Of a DNA stretch of 64,000 bases, positions 51,477 to 62,289 are shown piece after piece. How positions within the stretch are numbered: position 1 is the stretch's first letter; every line of letters begins with the position of its first letter. The notes beneath the pieces are model-generated. The model saw only the letters and a program-made list of their open reading frames with translations. It had not been told where the DNA came from and ran no database searches. A program made the translations under genes and the position numbers. The DNA comes from Trypanosoma brucei (Eukaryota): positions 2,400,001-2,464,000 of the forward strand of contig CH464491.1 of assembly GCA_000002445.1 (NCBI GenBank). The letters are read 5' to 3'.

Positions 51477-54400
51477 ATGCGGCGTCTTATACTTGCCCAG
51501 ACTCTGCGGGTGGCGGGTCGTCACTGCCCGCCAGTCGCCATGTTTTTACAGAGGTTTTACAGGGGCCACGGAATAAGTACAGCCCTTCCACTGCATTACA
51601 GCAAGCGCCATCGCAAGAGAGAAGGGCGGATGTACGGTAAGCCTCTCCGTCCGGTAAGTGACGGGGAGAATGGCGCAAGTGGTGACGGTGGTGTCTTGAC
51701 GAGATGGGAGGCGGTGGTGAGCTCTCGCCATCAGTGCGAGTCCCCGGTTCAGACGTTAGCGAAATCGGAGAAACCGAAGAAGGCAGAAAACACGGTAGCG
51801 GGGAAAAAGACGGGATCAAGCCGCTTTTCCCACCGTCGCGACCATTCGGCGTACCCTTCAGGTGTACAGCCTGCCCCTCTCGCAACGTCCGGTTTGCCCA
51901 CGCAGTCGTCTGAGCGCCAACAACAGAAGCAGATCGGGCAGCAACAAGTGCCATTGGATGCGTTGCACCGTCTTTTTAAGGTGCATGCGGTTATGCGAAC
52001 CAATTATGAGGCGCTTGGAAAATGCACAAAAGTGCTGAAGAGCTTTTCAACGGCGTGTGCCGAAGCACTTCTCCAACTCGGCGTGCTGCAAAAAGAGCAG
52101 CCATCAGCTATGGAAAGGAAAGGTTTTATTTATGTGCAGCTCTGTAAGTCAGGTGCCACAGAGGCCAGTAAAAATGGGACATCTTCTCCTTGTTTCGTCT
52201 TACCACCCGAAAGTCCACTTTACCGCACAACCATCAAGTTTCCAACCATCACAGTGGAGCACGTGCTGACGACAACGGTGTCGTCTGGTTGCGGTGCAAA
52301 AGATTCTGGAGGGGATATTATGTCTGTTGATATGGAAGGCGCCGCCCCGTTCCCTATGGGACATTGTGAGTCACGTCCCTCTACATCCGCTGGAAATGGA
52401 GTGACCGCGGAGTATGACTGTGAAGGGGATGTGTTGAGTCACGGGGCCGCGTGGAATTCGATCATTGAAGGGTTCGGGCAGCTTGCTTTGAATCTAAAAC
52501 AAAATGCCTCTGTATCAGACTTTGCGCAGTTGGCGGAAACGCTGGCATACTTCAAGTGGGTAAAGGATGAAGAACAGGTAGGTTGGGGCACTGAAGATTG
52601 CGTGGTGAAGAAGTTTCGTGAGGCGATGGCAAATGCCAAAGACACCTCTGCTTCTGGAAGCGATCCGAACACGAGCGATGTAAGCGCGGCCCTTGCGGCC
52701 ATTGCAGAGTCATTTCTTAGGAAAATTCCTCGCGTGGACTGTATTGGCAGCGCGGTAGCGCACAGGGGAGGTGAACGGACTGCTCCCTCTGTTCACGCAA
52801 TTGACGTAATGCTGAATTTGGCGCTCCGCATGTGTCTTTCCCAGTGGCACGCCATGTCACACTTTGAAAGGATGAATATTGTTCTGTTCTGCACATATCC
52901 ATGGTTCGCGGAGGACCTAAGCATCGCAGCGGGTTTGTGCCTCACGCAGTCTTATCTCCAGTCCCTTCTCCGCGCAGATGCTGATGTGACTTATCAGCAT
53001 ACGTTTCACTACGTACGGCGTGTCTCCCGCCTTTGCTGGCCCTGTATACATGACACGGACTCTGCCCCTGTTAAGAAACTTCTCTTCCCGAGAGACCCCC
53101 AAGGCACCGCTGTTTCTTCCCACGCTTTGGAAGCGGTCAGCGTCGAGGAGAAGGACAATCAGTTGAATCAAAAGGAGGGACTGCAAGGTGAGGAGCAAGC
53201 TACAACCACATCCGAGTCAAAGCTAATGTGGCTCCCCTCGTTCAAAGACGCCTCATGCGTTTCGTACGGTTCTTCTATGAAGCAACGTGCGGCTTATGAG
53301 CTGCTGTTGTTATGGATGACGTGTGTAAATCCATCGGGCCTTCACCGTTCCTCCCCGCACGGTCGCTACGTGAGCGCCACTGGTATCGCAATTATTGACG
53401 TCGATCTCTTTGTCACACAGCGGTTTCGTACCGGCAAATCGAAGGACGAATGGTTACTGTTGCACCCGGTAGAAGGGGATGTTGTGGCCTCCGTCACCAT
53501 TAGGACTATGGTGCAACACTGTGAGACTCCCTATACGCTGACGCGGCTTTTCTTCTGCAACTTCCACAGTGTCTTGCCCCACATTTGGGGTGGAATAGGT
53601 GCACGACGGAGAGAGATCTTATGGACAGCGTGGTGTCGGGCTGTTGCTCAGCCGCTTGTGAACACTCTCTCAGGTTCAGACGAGGGGCAGCGGGAGGACG
53701 ATGGGGGGATGCAAACACTACAAATCACAGTAGATAACGCTGATCGAACGCTGGATTATTTAAAACCCTTAATATCGGCTCTAACGTCCGACGAGTTGTT
53801 TCTGCGACTAATAATGCGTTGTGCGGATAAGTCCTTAGAGGAGATGGCCCGTGAGATAGGAAGTGGCAACAACACCTTGCCCCTTAACAAGTGGTGCGCG
53901 CAACTTGCTGGGTTTGTATACAGTGTTGCGCTTGCTTTGCATTGCAGGGCCAAAAGGGAAGGATGCAACCGAGATGGGGGGCCATCGAGACCGAATACAG
54001 CGACTGATTCCGCGAATAAGAAAGTAGTATCAGGTAAGCAGACGGATAACCTCCCGAAAGGCACGCAGGAAGATATCTCTGACCTCCAACTGCAATTCAA
54101 AGCAGCTGTATCTGCGCTTTTGCGGAAGCTGAGTGCTGGGGATACGCAGGTAGCTGAGCAGCTACTTCACCACTTTTACGAGCCACACTTCAGTGGTGAT
54201 CAGGAACGAGAGGTTGTTGAGGACATCCAGAGGCATCTTCAGCAGGTGTGTGATTCTCAATCTCGTGATGCACTGCATGCTTGGATAGAATGCAGCGCCA
54301 GGGCTTCGTGTGAGGCAACTGTGCCTCTCAAGGAGGAGTTGCTTTGCAAGTGGCAACGCACGGTGCTAGAGGCGGACGCTGGGTTACCAGTTGTGTTACC

Positions 54401-56663
54401 GACAATTGTGGAGTGTTGTCGCGGCCTTGTCGGATTGGTAAAAAAAAGGGGGCGAAACATTTCCGGCAGGCGTCAAGGGCAACAGCGGGGAACAGAGAGT
54501 ACTACTGTGGGTGAAGAGAGCTCATGCAAGGAGGTGTTCTCAAAGGAAGAACTGCCGGTAGTAATAACTGTACTTTCCCGTGCGATGCTTAGTCGCACCT
54601 CCACGGTAAGCACTGTGGGCTTGACAAAAATATCGAGCGAGATCAGTACACTTCTGTCATCATGTGGTTACGAAACGGCTGACGGCAACACGAGTGGAGG
54701 TGGCCGCAACGGCCGCGAGCTGTGCGACACTAACACAGCAACGATTACTTCAGCAACCGCAGGGGAGCGTACGGTTGAACTGGAGTTAATCTTATCTGGC
54801 GAAATTGACCAGAAAGCGGGGGAATTACCTTGGATCACCATTCTCGAAGCTGTGCAACTACAGCTGGTGCCGTACACCGTTGTTAAAAACCTGCTAACGT
54901 CCTTCAAGGGTGGGTGCGACAACGGCAAAGAGCGTCTCCGGTGGCAGGAGCTGCAGAGGGACTTTCAACGGAAACGGCACCATCGCCTTGTGGGGAACAC
55001 CTTGGTGTTTCGGTGGTACGGTTGTGCTGTACCTAATGATGAGGGTTGGGAAGACGGATCTGGCCTCATGCGTCCAATGGCGGAGGACCGCGATAATGTG
55101 CACAGCGCCAGTCACCAAGGCCGTACTTCTACCGAGTTGGGGGCCTTCACGCGGCGTTTGCTCAAAACACTTGCCCGCGCTGAGGTGACTCGTCTCAACG
55201 ACAGGAAGGAAATAACTACCCAAACATTCGTCGTGGGCCCGAGTGATGACAGTGCCACACGTCACCCCACCCCAGGGCAGGAGGAAGATGCCAGTCTCCA
55301 CCGTTTAGATCTTCTCTTCAGGGTTCATACGCTGGCTGCACACATACTTATGACAGCTAGTACGAAGAAACCGCACATGATCCATGAGCTGTATGATACG
55401 CTCTTACACCTTGTTGAGAAGGTGATGCCAACTACTCCCAATGCTCTCGGCAACGCCAGTGATTTGTTGCTCTTGTGGTTAGTTGGTAGTGCGGTTGCAG
55501 TGGGATTGCGTTTCCGGCCTAACTTTCTCATTAAGTGGCCATCAGCTCCAGAAGTGTCATCAGGTAACCTGAAAAGTTGCCCGTCCGCTGAAGAAAAAAC
55601 TGTACACATCTTGCGCGACATTGAGCCATATCTGCAAAGTGAGTTGCTTCGGCCTACAGTGCGCCTACGGTTTGTCATTAATGTGTTAGTGGCTCTTCGC
55701 AGTCTTGAGTTGTTGGGAGCTCGCATCGACGTAGAAGGTCTGCACATGGATCAACTGTTGATCAGGGCGAGCGCTGACCGCAGGCTGCTGAGCCGCCACG
55801 TGAACCTGTTCCTTATTGGTTGCTCCGCCTTACAAAGCACACAGTCTTCGATTTTGCATACTGCTCTCCACCTGCGCGAGGCGAAGTATAACTTATCCTT
55901 CGCGGAGATCGAGCGAGCTTTCGTTGCGATTGCTCTGTCAGCTGATACGTTTGCCAGGCAGCATGAGGCCCTAATGGAGCAAAACTACCAACAGCAGCAA
56001 AACCGTACACTCTCAGTCGCAGTTGCAGCCAACAACACGACCCCTGCGCTCCGTGTGTCACCCGTCCAACTCAGGCACGCTTGGAGTGCACTGGGGCGGC
56101 GCGTGTTGGAGAATGCCGGAGAATCACCGACGGATCTGTTTGTGCGTGGGCTGCAGTGCGCTGCGGCGGTTGGGTGCATTGACTCGGCTCTGTATCAACA
56201 GCTTCTTTCGTACGTGGTGGAGTTTCGCTGGAAAGATCTTCATATATTAGACTGGGTGATGATACTGAGGACGGTGCGGCAATCCTTTGAAAACAGACGC
56301 AACCTAGAGGCGTACTTGAAGGAACCACTGCAGGCATTTATGTTGACGATGACAGTCAGTGGGGACAACAGCACGGAGCAATCAGTTCAGAAGGTCAACC
56401 TCAAGAATCACGAGGGTGAGCAGCTGCTGGAGGGGCTTTGCCTTTTCGCTGAAGCTCTTCCAGGTTTGTTTATAGGTGACAGGGAACTCTGGGGACTTTT
56501 GTGGCAAGCTCTTGGTTCCCAGTGGTCGGCGTGTTTTAATGCTGCCAGCAATATTGAGGAACAACAACGCATCACGGCATGGCTGCAGGAGATTAACGCA
56601 AGCTACGCCTGGGCTGCACGGGCAGCTGGGTTCCGTGGCTTGGATGAGCCCACCGCCTTGTGA
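51477..56663 (+). CDS. Very large hypothetical protein (about 1728 aa), no domain recognised
   Basis: A continuous 1819-codon + strand ORF runs 51204..56663. Its first ~90 codons run through a (GT)n microsatellite (51238..51258) and a pyrimidine-rich tract, so the real start is downstream. ATG 51477 (MRRLILAQTLRVAG) and ATG 51543 are candidates. The predicted protein is largely alpha-helical, Leu-rich and possibly HEAT/ARM-like, but I cannot assign a family. Confidence 0.55.
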   Translation: MRRLILAQTLRVAGRHCPPVAMFLQRFYRGHGISTALPLHYSKRHRKREGRMYGKPLRPVSDGENGASGDGGVLTRWEAVVSSRHQCESPVQTLAKSEKPKKAENTVAGKKTGSSRFSHRRDHSAYPSGVQPAPLATSGLPTQSSERQQQKQIGQQQVPLDALHRLFKVHAVMRTNYEALGKCTKVLKSFSTACAEALLQLGVLQKEQPSAMERKGFIYVQLCKSGATEASKNGTSSPCFVLPPESPLYRTTIKFPTITVEHVLTTTVSSGCGAKDSGGDIMSVDMEGAAPFPMGHCESRPSTSAGNGVTAEYDCEGDVLSHGAAWNSIIEGFGQLALNLKQNASVSDFAQLAETLAYFKWVKDEEQVGWGTEDCVVKKFREAMANAKDTSASGSDPNTSDVSAALAAIAESFLRKIPRVDCIGSAVAHRGGERTAPSVHAIDVMLNLALRMCLSQWHAMSHFERMNIVLFCTYPWFAEDLSIAAGLCLTQSYLQSLLRADADVTYQHTFHYVRRVSRLCWPCIHDTDSAPVKKLLFPRDPQGTAVSSHALEAVSVEEKDNQLNQKEGLQGEEQATTTSESKLMWLPSFKDASCVSYGSSMKQRAAYELLLLWMTCVNPSGLHRSSPHGRYVSATGIAIIDVDLFVTQRFRTGKSKDEWLLLHPVEGDVVASVTIRTMVQHCETPYTLTRLFFCNFHSVLPHIWGGIGARRREILWTAWCRAVAQPLVNTLSGSDEGQREDDGGMQTLQITVDNADRTLDYLKPLISALTSDELFLRLIMRCADKSLEEMAREIGSGNNTLPLNKWCAQLAGFVYSVALALHCRAKREGCNRDGGPSRPNTATDSANKKVVSGKQTDNLPKGTQEDISDLQLQFKAAVSALLRKLSAGDTQVAEQLLHHFYEPHFSGDQEREVVEDIQRHLQQVCDSQSRDALHAWIECSARASCEATVPLKEELLCKWQRTVLEADAGLPVVLPTIVECCRGLVGLVKKRGRNISGRRQGQQRGTESTTVGEESSCKEVFSKEELPVVITVLSRAMLSRTSTVSTVGLTKISSEISTLLSSCGYETADGNTSGGGRNGRELCDTNTATITSATAGERTVELELILSGEIDQKAGELPWITILEAVQLQLVPYTVVKNLLTSFKGGCDNGKERLRWQELQRDFQRKRHHRLVGNTLVFRWYGCAVPNDEGWEDGSGLMRPMAEDRDNVHSASHQGRTSTELGAFTRRLLKTLARAEVTRLNDRKEITTQTFVVGPSDDSATRHPTPGQEEDASLHRLDLLFRVHTLAAHILMTASTKKPHMIHELYDTLLHLVEKVMPTTPNALGNASDLLLLWLVGSAVAVGLRFRPNFLIKWPSAPEVSSGNLKSCPSAEEKTVHILRDIEPYLQSELLRPTVRLRFVINVLVALRSLELLGARIDVEGLHMDQLLIRASADRRLLSRHVNLFLIGCSALQSTQSSILHTALHLREAKYNLSFAEIERAFVAIALSADTFARQHEALMEQNYQQQQNRTLSVAVAANNTTPALRVSPVQLRHAWSALGRRVLENAGESPTDLFVRGLQCAAAVGCIDSALYQQLLSYVVEFRWKDLHILDWVMILRTVRQSFENRRNLEAYLKEPLQAFMLTMTVSGDNSTEQSVQKVNLKNHEGEQLLEGLCLFAEALPGLFIGDRELWGLLWQALGSQWSACFNAASNIEEQQRITAWLQEINASYAWAARAAGFRGLDEPTAL

Positions 56664-57185
56664 CGCAACAGGGCGGGCGTGGTGTAGATAGTTGCAAGGG
56701 GACCAAAGTAAATGGTCACAAAGGAGCGAGTGAACGGTGTAAGCGCATGTTATGGTCGTATCTTCACATTCTCTCACAAGGTAAACACCTTTAAAAAAAA
56801 AAAAGGAAGTATCCCATCTGGTGCTAGAAGTTGGTGAGGGATGCACCCATTCATGTGCCGGGAAATCACTACGTGTAATATTACTCATTTTAAAGGCGTT
56901 TGGTGCTGTGCACGAACCTCCATTCACTTTGTACAAAGCTTTGATCTGTGTCCTTCCGCACTTTTTTTTCAACTTCTTTGCTGTTGACAAAAGCATTTTC
57001 GGGTTTTTGTTTGGATTTTTATCGCTTCCACTCTCGTTGCGCATAATTTCACCAACATACATACATACTTCAAAGGAAAGGGGAGAAAGACAAATTATCC
57101 TTGCAGCTGTACAGGACTTATCGGAGGAAACGGACTGTAGGCGCACTTCTAGCACGGACCACTTAACTTCACTAGTGGCCGAAGC

Positions 57186-58553
57186 ATGGAGGATTTCGTT
57201 GTTGTGCCGGTGGAGGTGCGGTGTAGGCAAATGTGTACAGATGCCGCTGAGCTTTCAAAGGTTATCACGAGTTTCATACGGCACCGCAACGGTGTTACAC
57301 ACCCGGGTGACATTATCCCGCTTTGGGGTGCATCCGAGCTTATCACATCAACAGTTGAGCTCTTGCGGGTATGTGACGTTTATTGCCCACTTAACGGGGT
57401 TGCAGCGGGCAGGGCGGATTACGCATTGGTGATGTACTACCTTCATGGAGATGATGTGTCTATGGCAATGCAAGGAGAGGAAACTTCCGAGTCGCAGGCG
57501 CTGTTAACCTACCGCGATTCAGACGACGAAGTGGATGCATCGACTGTCCCTTGCTCCATAGTGCAGATACCGCATGCATCGCTAGAAGGCCTGTGGGAGT
57601 CGATGCATTTCGGGGACTCTACCTGTGACACGGTGGAGCTTAAGCGTGACTTGTTGCAATATATGCACACTGCAATGGTTTTCTCTATGGCTGATGTGAA
57701 CCCACAAGTCATCGCGTGGAATCAGTTGGTGCTGCTACACGGGCCCCCCGGCACAGGGAAGACATCTTTTTGTAAAGCACTTTCACATAAACTTTCTATA
57801 CGGCTTGCGGGAATATTTCCCAAGGCGAAGCTGGTAGAGGTTAACACTCAAAGTTTGTTTAGTCGTTGGTTTAGTGAGAGTGGGAAGCATGTCATGGGCC
57901 TGTTCCGCCGTATACACACGATGGCGGAGGATTCCAAATGCCTTCTTTTTGTCCTCGTGGACGAGGTGGAATCACTAGCTGGCGCGAGGAACTCTGCAAT
58001 GAGGGGTAACGAGCCCTCAGATGCTATCCGTGTCGTCAACACTCTGTTAACTCAGCTGGACATTCTACAGAAAAAGAGGAACGTGGTGATATTAGCTACG
58101 AGTAACATCACCGGGGCCATTGATGTCGCGTTTGTTGATCGTGCTGACAAGAAGGTATTTATTGGCCCACCGGGGTTACCAGCCCGTCTGCAACTAATCA
58201 GGGCAAGTACGCAAGAGTTGGTTCAGAGGCGGTTAATTATGCTTGATCCTCCCAATGATCAGGGGTTCATAGGCGCAGGGGGGCTGATGCCGATCGGGGA
58301 AGGTCGTGTAGAACTCAATGCGAGAGAGTTGCAGCGGCTTGAGCTGGTGGCGGCGCAATGTGATACCTTCAGTGGAAGGACTCTGAAGAAGCTTCCTTTC
58401 CTTGCCTACAGCAAACACATTGGTGGGTCCCCAGTCTTCACTACCGGAGAGAGTAGTACCGCATCTGCTATCTCATTTGACACGTACATTAAAAGCTTGA
58501 CGAGTGCTGTAGAGGGAGAAATATTATCGAGGAGAATGATGGTGTCATCATAG
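57186..58553 (+). CDS. TRIP13: AAA+ ATPase TRIP13 / PCH2 (pachytene checkpoint protein 2) homologue
   Basis: A long colinear match to the TRIP13 AAA+ core runs LVLLHGPPGTGKTSFCKALSHKLSIRL...SLFSRWFSESGKHV...LLFVLVDEVESLAGARN...EPSDAIRVVNTLLTQLDILQKKRNVVILATSNITGAIDVAFVDRADKKVFIGPP. It shares Walker A, Walker B (VDEVE) and the arginine-finger region with TRIP13/PCH2 as I remember them. Confidence 0.9.
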   Translation: MEDFVVVPVEVRCRQMCTDAAELSKVITSFIRHRNGVTHPGDIIPLWGASELITSTVELLRVCDVYCPLNGVAAGRADYALVMYYLHGDDVSMAMQGEETSESQALLTYRDSDDEVDASTVPCSIVQIPHASLEGLWESMHFGDSTCDTVELKRDLLQYMHTAMVFSMADVNPQVIAWNQLVLLHGPPGTGKTSFCKALSHKLSIRLAGIFPKAKLVEVNTQSLFSRWFSESGKHVMGLFRRIHTMAEDSKCLLFVLVDEVESLAGARNSAMRGNEPSDAIRVVNTLLTQLDILQKKRNVVILATSNITGAIDVAFVDRADKKVFIGPPGLPARLQLIRASTQELVQRRLIMLDPPNDQGFIGAGGLMPIGEGRVELNARELQRLELVAAQCDTFSGRTLKKLPFLAYSKHIGGSPVFTTGESSTASAISFDTYIKSLTSAVEGEILSRRMMVSS

Positions 58554-59283
58554 GCTCCCAATTCAGGCACACTAAATAGGCACTTTCGCGCGATTCCCTA
58601 TTTTTCGCGTTCTCACAGTCTAATTTTTGCAACAGATTATCATTTATTTTGTCATGGTTTTGTCTCTGACTTTTTTGCTTGATTTTTGTATATGGACTAA
58701 CATTTTTTTTTCTGGTGTGTGGGAATGCAGATGCAGTTTCTATTTGAGATCTTTTTTATTATTTTACATCCTGGTTTATTGTTTTTTTTGTTTGTCAATG
58801 GATTGGATAAGGCCCTTCATTGCAAATATCTAACCGGTAAAACTGGCCCCTCAACACATATGGACGCGTATCGTTGTAGACGCATATGCTGAAGTTGTGT
58901 ATTTAAAAGGGAAGGGGAAGGAGGGAGAGAAAACATTCCCCTTTTGTTTGGACTGCTTGCACGACGGAGTTACGATTTGATAACGGGTGTAGCACACCCA
59001 TAAGTATTATTATTTTTTTTTGTGAGCTTTGAATGGCATAACCTTCTTCTTGCTTTTCTTATTCACCTCGTTTGTTCTTCAACATTTCTTCTCTCATTCT
59101 TCTAAATTTTCTCTCTACCAATCACTCTCTTTCTTTTGTCCTGCATTCATGCAAATATTTACGAATATCCGCTCAACCTTGAAGCTGAAGTGCGCGGCAC
59201 GAATTTTGGGAGGTTTCGCCCGCATTGAGGGTGTGGGGGGTGGGACGAGTAAGAAAAATTAACGGCACGCCCATAAGGGAGGA

Positions 59284-61821
59284 GTGGAGGGGGAAATGGT
59301 CCAAACAGTACTTATGGTTGCAGAGAAACCTTCTATTGCTGAGAGCATCGCCCATCACCTCTCAAATGGCCGGACAGCGAAACACTCTCGTGCACTTCCC
59401 GTCTTCGAGTACGATGGTTACTTTCAGGGTGCCCCCGCACACTTCCGTGTTACAAGTACAACAGGGCACATTTTTTCATGCGATTTCACCCCTCAGTACC
59501 AGTCGTGGGATCGGACTGATGAGGAGTCGCTCTTCGGGGCACCAGTCGTGTGGCGGGAAGAGTCCGGACGGGTGAGCCGCCACCTTGAGCATGAGGCAAA
59601 AGGGTGTGCAACGCTCGTTTTGTGGCTTGACTGCGACCGCGAGGGGGAAAACATATGCTTTGAGGTGATGCAGGTTGTGTCGCGAAGCATACATGACATT
59701 CGATGTATTTGGCGCGCAAAGTTCTCCGCCATAACGCGGGAAGCGATAACGGAGGCGTTCGTTAATTTGGGTAAGCCAAACAAAAACCTGTCAGATGCGG
59801 TGAGCTGTAGACAAGAGCTAGACCTCAAGGTTGGCGTTGTTTTTACCAGGTACCAAACGAAGTACTTTCAGGGTAAGTATGGGAATCTTGACGCTAGTGT
59901 GGTGAGTTATGGCCCTTGCCAGACACCGACACTCGCATTTTGCGTGCAGAGGCACGACGAGATACTAAACTTCAAACCCGAAAACTACTGGAAGCTAGTG
60001 CCTACCTGCAACAGATACGGTTCACCCATTACGTTTGAGTGGGCGCGCGGTCGCGTCTTTGACGAATTGATTGCACGACTTTTACATCAAAGGGTCTCTC
60101 GTAGTAAAGTTGCCAAAGTCGTTGACGTTTCGGTGGGGGCTGACACCCGCGCTCGACCCACGGCGCTCAACACTGTCGAGCTCATGAAAATCGCTAGTAA
60201 GTTTCTTGGTATTGGGCCGCATCACGCGATGCAAATAGCAGAAAACCTCTATATTTCTGGGTATATCTCGTACCCACGAACGGAATCCACAGCATACCCG
60301 GTCTCCTTCGACTTGAAGGCCGCACTTGCAACCCAACAGGGCCATCCAGTGTGGGGTGAATACGTGCAGGAATTACTGAAAGGTCGGTACACGCGACCGA
60401 AAGCCGGCAAAGATGCTGGAGACCATCCACCAATCACACCAATGCGTGCGGCAACTGCCGGAGAGCTGTCGTCTGACTCTTGGCGTTTGTATGAGTACAT
60501 TACACGTCACTTCATTGCTACAGTATCCCCAGACTGCAAACTTTCGAGGACGAAGCTCGTACTAGAGCTTAGTGGGGAGTTGTTTACCTTCACTGGTAAG
60601 GTAGTTGTGGATCCGGGCTTCACAACAATTCTTGCCCATTTGGCTGTAAAGGACGACAAGGTACCAACGAACATCGAGGTGGGGAGCGATTTCCCCATCA
60701 ATGATGTACGCCTTCAGGCCGGGCAAACCCAAGCACCGGGGTATCTTACAGAAGCTGATCTCATTGGGCTGATGGAAAAGAATGGCATCGGCACAGACGC
60801 CTCTATTTCCCAGCATGTCAACAATATAGTTGAGCGGGGTTATTGTGCGGTGAAACCTGGGCGCGTAATGGAACCCACAAAACTTGGGGTCGTGCTGATT
60901 CATGGTATCAAAAGTATCGACCCTGAACTTGTGCTCCCCCTGGTGCGAAGCAAGGTGGAAGAGTACGTCACGTGCATTGCTGAGGGTCAAGCCAGGCTAG
61001 ACGAGGTCCTATCGAGTGTGCTTGATCTCTTCTTTGGAAAGTTTCGTTACTTCAAGGAAAACATTGAGCGCTTTGATGCCCTTATGGGAGCTTCATTTTC
61101 ACCCCTTACTTCCTCGGGTAAGCCAATAACGCGGTGCGGCAACTGTATGCGATACCTGAAGCACCTTGAGGCACGCCCGCAACGGTTGTATTGTGCCTAC
61201 TGCGAAGTTACGTACGCGTTACCACAGGGTGGAACGATCAAGCAGTATTCCAACTACAAGTGTCCCCTTGACAACTTTGAGTTGGTTATCTGCCACGTGG
61301 AGGGAGGTAAGTCATTTCCTATTTGTCCCAACTGCTATAACAACCCCCCGTTTCCAGATGCACGAGTGCAGGGCGGCCGTCAGCTCATGGCATGTGACGA
61401 GTGCAAACACCCGACTTGTTACCACTCGCTGGCCACGAATTATGTGGCGGACTGCGTTGACCCACGATGTGATGGGTGCATGGCGTTTGTTCCTCGAACA
61501 TCGGGGAAGTGGAAAATATGCTGTAACCACTGCACCATGATGATTCTCCTCCCACCAACGGCGCAACGGGTTTATGTAAGTTCAGAGGAGTGCCCGGAAT
61601 GTGGTGCCATGATGGTGGATCTACAATTTCCAGAAGGGAAATCGCCACTTCCCAACCGCAAGGATCGCATAGTGTCGTGTGTCTTTTGTGATCCAGCACT
61701 CAGTAACAACGTGTCAGAGGTACGCGGGAAACTGGGGAATTTTAGCAGACGCGGTGGTGGTGGGAAAGGAAGGGGAAGGGGTGGTAGAGGTAGAGGAAGA
61801 GGAAGAGGCTACCGAAACTAG
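59284..61821 (+). CDS. DNA topoisomerase III (type IA), TOP3-beta-like: Toprim plus Topo IA core, C4 zinc ribbons and C-terminal RGG box
   Basis: An N-terminal Toprim (VLMVAEKPSIAESIA) is followed by the active-site tyrosine motif GYISYPRTEST, which is diagnostic for type IA enzymes. The C-terminus has several Cys4 ribbons (CGNCMRY...CAYCE; CPNCYN...CDECKHPTC; CPECGA...CVFCDP) and a terminal RGGGGKGRGRGGRGRGRGRGYRN tail. Confidence 0.9.
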   Translation: MEGEMVQTVLMVAEKPSIAESIAHHLSNGRTAKHSRALPVFEYDGYFQGAPAHFRVTSTTGHIFSCDFTPQYQSWDRTDEESLFGAPVVWREESGRVSRHLEHEAKGCATLVLWLDCDREGENICFEVMQVVSRSIHDIRCIWRAKFSAITREAITEAFVNLGKPNKNLSDAVSCRQELDLKVGVVFTRYQTKYFQGKYGNLDASVVSYGPCQTPTLAFCVQRHDEILNFKPENYWKLVPTCNRYGSPITFEWARGRVFDELIARLLHQRVSRSKVAKVVDVSVGADTRARPTALNTVELMKIASKFLGIGPHHAMQIAENLYISGYISYPRTESTAYPVSFDLKAALATQQGHPVWGEYVQELLKGRYTRPKAGKDAGDHPPITPMRAATAGELSSDSWRLYEYITRHFIATVSPDCKLSRTKLVLELSGELFTFTGKVVVDPGFTTILAHLAVKDDKVPTNIEVGSDFPINDVRLQAGQTQAPGYLTEADLIGLMEKNGIGTDASISQHVNNIVERGYCAVKPGRVMEPTKLGVVLIHGIKSIDPELVLPLVRSKVEEYVTCIAEGQARLDEVLSSVLDLFFGKFRYFKENIERFDALMGASFSPLTSSGKPITRCGNCMRYLKHLEARPQRLYCAYCEVTYALPQGGTIKQYSNYKCPLDNFELVICHVEGGKSFPICPNCYNNPPFPDARVQGGRQLMACDECKHPTCYHSLATNYVADCVDPRCDGCMAFVPRTSGKWKICCNHCTMMILLPPTAQRVYVSSEECPECGAMMVDLQFPEGKSPLPNRKDRIVSCVFCDPALSNNVSEVRGKLGNFSRRGGGGKGRGRGGRGRGRGRGYRN

Positions 61822-62289
61822 GCGGGAGGCTGACTTGAAACCCTTGATTTCTTGTTTCAAATGTGTGGTGTGTGTATGTGGGAGGTTAACTACAGTTGGA
61901 GAAAGATAAGAGATGAGGGAGGGGGTGTGGAAAGGCATGTGTAGCAACTGCAACACGTGTGAACCATTTCTCCGCATCCCTCTCCTGAATTGTTTTAACT
62001 TCGTTTGCAGCGCAGTTACAAGGTCACGAAGCGGTAACTGCATTGTCAGCATTTTTGTTCCTTCTAGTCTGTCCATACTTCTCTGTATTATTGCTGTTTC
62101 TTCTAATACAAACGCATATTATAGACGTTTCTGTCCGTATACGAACGCCTCCATCAAGGCTAACAGCTCAGCTTCTAGGCTTAGTAGCAACCGACATACA
62201 CCCAAATCTAAGAAGTTTGCTTGTGCGTTACAGGAGGAGGATAAGGAAGGGTAGTGGAAGAAGGGGCGTGTGGGCAAACTTCTTAGGAA

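Noticed and set aside
56382-57230. 282-aa minus-strand ORF spanning the spacer between the 1819-codon gene and TRIP13
   Set aside because: It sits on the opposite strand of a unidirectional PTU. It overlaps the 3' end and 5' end of two well-supported + strand genes, has low-complexity composition and shows no domain signal.
57186-61821. Possible functional module TRIP13 - topoisomerase III - (RPA1 nearby at 47406): a DNA-recombination/meiosis gene cluster
   Set aside because: Genes in kinetoplastid polycistronic units are not functionally grouped. Co-transcription carries no operon-like meaning there (established knowledge). The intervening and flanking genes (ArfGAP, kinesin, RING protein) are unrelated. 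Adjacency is most likely coincidental.
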